NCBI GenBank assembly: GCA_038087875.1
Contig: CM075994.1
Span: forward strand, 11,224,001 to 11,288,000
Reading direction: 5' to 3'
From: Malacoraja senta
Taxonomy: Eukaryota
Length of the DNA: 64,000 nucleotides
The notes beneath the pieces were generated by a model. It did not search any database. It saw only the letters and a list, made by a program, of their open reading frames with translations, and was not told the origin of the DNA. Positions 61,138 to 64,000 of the stretch are shown here, piece after piece. Numbering within the stretch: the first letter of the stretch is position 1; every line of letters starts with the position of its first letter. Position numbers and translations under genes: made by a program.

Positions 61138-61534
61138 CAGATGTTATTAAGGATACAATGGGTAATCCACACAAAGCGGCGGCACATATCACAGACCTTG
61201 GAGAAGGTACTACATGATTGCCTGATCATCTTCACGCCACCGTAAATGCATTCGCAGTGCATTGATCACAACAGGTTTCAACATTGAAGTTGTAGAGACA
61301 TCCAAATTGTCTCGAATGTTCAAAATATCCCATTTCATCGCAAGATTTGTGCATGTAACAAATATGGGGAACAAGATACATATGGATAATTTGTCTCTTA
61401 TCAAATTAATTTGGTTGCATAGGATTGACCTATTCCGTTCAAACCAATACAGAATTGAGATCATTGGTACATTACTGTGAAATTTCAACAGATCGGGCAA
61501 ATTCGCAATTTTAACGGGAGCCGTACCTCGCTAT

Positions 61535-64000
61535 CTTCCGGGTTTTATAGTCCCTCCCCCCTGCCGCCAGCGGGGGCCGCAGAAAGAATGGCGATATTTT
61601 TTAAAACATTAATAAGTCTCTATTTTTCATCGATGGGAAAAATCCTCCAGTCCAATCGGGCGGAGGGGGACTCTGAGCGTGGTGGCCAAAAATAACGGCC
61701 GTAAATGGCGGCGTTCTCTCGGAAATCGCGAAACAGAGAGACGAAAGTGGTCAAGACCTTAGTTTTAGTAATATAGATGTAACAATACAATACAATCAGT
61801 TTTATTCGCCACTTGCACATAAAGTGCAAGTGAAATGAATTTGCCAACAGCGGTACGATGAAAAAAGAACACATAAAAACACAATAAAATGTTAACATAA
61901 ACATCCACCACATCCATCCATAACATAAACATTCATCACTGTGGTGGAAGGCACAAAATTGTCCAGTCCTCCTCCATTTCCCCCGTGGTCGGGACCTCAA
62001 CCCTCCACAGTCGCCGCTGCGGGCGTCCATATGTGTAGACAATGTAATGTTCAGGTAAGTCCTAAATCGGTGCTTCGCTAACGGAGACCGCGGCCTCAGG
62101 TTGGTGTAGGCCGCAGGCCGGCGGTCGAAGATCAAAAGTCCACGCCGCACCGCATGAGGAAGCACCGCAGACCGCATGGCCCGCGGTCGGAGCTCCGCTC
62201 CAGGGGTCCCCGGCGAGGGACCCCGCTCCTGATGGTAAGTCCACGCCGCGCCCGCGGTAGAAGTTGGCCGCGGGCCGGCGGTCGGAGCTCCTCTCCTCCC
62301 GGGTCCCCAACAAGGGATCCCAGGCCCAGGACGCCGCGCCGGCTGGAGCTCTGCAAACCGCGGCTTCAGGCTGCCGCGGGCCAGCGATCGGAGCGCTTCT
62401 CTCCTGCGACCCCCGGCGAGAGCTCGCAGCTCCGCGACGAATTATCAATCTGGCTGACCGAATTCGTCAAGAGGCAGCCAAGATGCATGAAACAAGATGA
62501 TAATAGGAGGAGTACGTTGTCTCTGCGGGGATGTCGAAAGGGATGGTTGGGATTGATAGGGATCTGTTTGATGCAAGGTTTAATTTTTCTCGTTACCATC
62601 AGCCGAGTGTTGTTTGTTTATTATGCGCTTCTGAAATGTCGCTGTGTGAGGAAGATGGAGCGAAGTAACCCTTTTTTTTCTAAGTCACGTTCCCTGAACA
62701 TCAAGATGGTTTCGGGACATGTATATTTAGAGGTTTTTCTATTTTCTTGACTTCAAAAGATACTGGCAGTGGAAGATCGTTGAATTTTAACTGTGTTCGG
62801 GAGGCAATTGATGTCGGGAACAGGATTTCCCGTAAAGGTAATTGAGAGATTGGAATTATTATGTGTCATGGGGCCATGGGCACATACAACACAGAAGCAC
62901 GTCAGTCGACCCATCCTGAGCGCACCGACCATCGGTGATGGCAACACTGCGAAGAACGCGATGCCCAGATGCTTCTCATCATAGACAGAGTTCCAAGTTA
63001 TTTCGGTAAAATTAGCAGATTATGCGTAAAGGTAACGCACAATTGTTGCTTCTGTGAAGGACCAGGTACTTGTACTTGTTCACTTAATCCAGTTTGATCT
63101 CTGCCATAACTGATCCTGATGGTTGCATTAATTCACATTAACAGATAAGGCTATTTTATTACACTCATTGCCATCACGTTTCAACTCTACTACAGAGACA
63201 AATATCCCTTCTTTTTTTCCGCAGTTCTGGGGAACTGGGCCAAGGGTATCGGACACGAAATATTAGCTACTTCTATTGCACCATTTTCTGTCACTATTTC
63301 AGATTTCCAATTAACACGTTGTTATTGTTTAGATTGTGTTGCTCTGCATCGGGAGGCGTGTAGGTTTGCCCTGGTCCTAATAGTTTCCTGAGCCGAACTC
63401 ACCATTGTACATCTCAACAGATGCAGAATTTAGGATTTCAATACGAATACATTGCACATATTCACAACTACAATAACACTGGTACAATATTCCAAGCATC
63501 TCAATCAGTCTGTTATTTACCAACATAGCACAGTTTCAACATATCTGAATCATTATAGATTTCAGGTGTATGTTTAAACCTCCGTATCTCAATTAGCAAA
63601 AACGAATGAAGAGCAACAGTTGTTCAACTAAAGAAGTGAATAAGAGTTCACAAGAAATTAGTGAATGTCTTCGCCAAGAATGCTTTGTGGGAAAATAACT
63701 AAAACATAATGTATTGCTTCTCGTTTTAAGTTGATTGCAAAATGTGTTAACGACAGTTATCCATAAGAATAACGACAAAATATTACATTAAAAAGAAACC
63801 ACTCATAATTCCTTTATTTTGCAATGCTCATAGCAGCATTAAGGTTTCCATGAGATATTATTAGACTTCAGTAGGTGACTGGGGTGTTTGCTAAATTTAA
63901 GCAGAAAATAGATTTTGTCCGACTGAAGGATCCGCACAGGATCCCGCTTAAAAAAATATTTGCCGTTCTAGATTCAAATCCTTGACCTTCCTGTTAGCCT
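61535..64000 (+). repeat. Segmental duplication, copy 2 (runs off the window); includes the Helitron 5' end, the GC-rich retroposon and the env tail
   Basis: Near-identical to 18818-21308, apart from a deletion of about 26 bp at 62440. Confidence 0.95.
62441..62700 (+). pseudogene. env: Duplicated env C-heptad and transmembrane fragment
   Basis: IINLADRIRQEAAKMH and GWLGLIGICLMQGLIFLVTISRVLFVYYALLKC, the same as at 19749-19950. Confidence 0.7.

Noticed and set aside
63403..63499. ATG-to-GTGAGT 97-nt minus-strand segment (also 20710-20806) as exon 1 of the GPCR pseudogene
   Set aside because: The donor and phase fit, but the peptide lacks the YYP..GVP motif, and copy 1 has no downstream exon 2. 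Exon 1 of the pseudogene was not identified.

Overview
Eukaryotic, repeat-dense DNA, most likely from an elasmobranch (skate, ray or shark). This is inferred from an HE1-like V-SINE, HER1-like CR1 LINEs and two-exon GPR139-like receptor genes. The only intact host gene I can support is a two-exon class A GPCR (35503-35572 + 38857-39803, 338 aa); a pseudogenised paralog faces it at 56197-57090. The least obvious feature is a decayed retroviral envelope (env) gene with CWxC, fusion peptide, ISD, CX6CC remnant and TM anchor. It is cut into three pieces (7812-8287, 9335-9696, 19746-~20000) by a 7-bp-TSD DNA transposon and by a 9.4-kb Helitron that itself holds a Penelope element and a full Gypsy LTR element. 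Also present: a non-autonomous Helitron family whose copies carry different internal tandem arrays, a 2.8-kb inversion (3584-6386) that can be reconstructed from the sequence, a recent duplication (18818-21308 vs 61535-64000+), a full-length defective L1, Penelope-type hammerhead ribozyme motifs, and many CR1, Rex/Babar and SINE fragments. All calls come from reading the sequence by eye; no searches were run.
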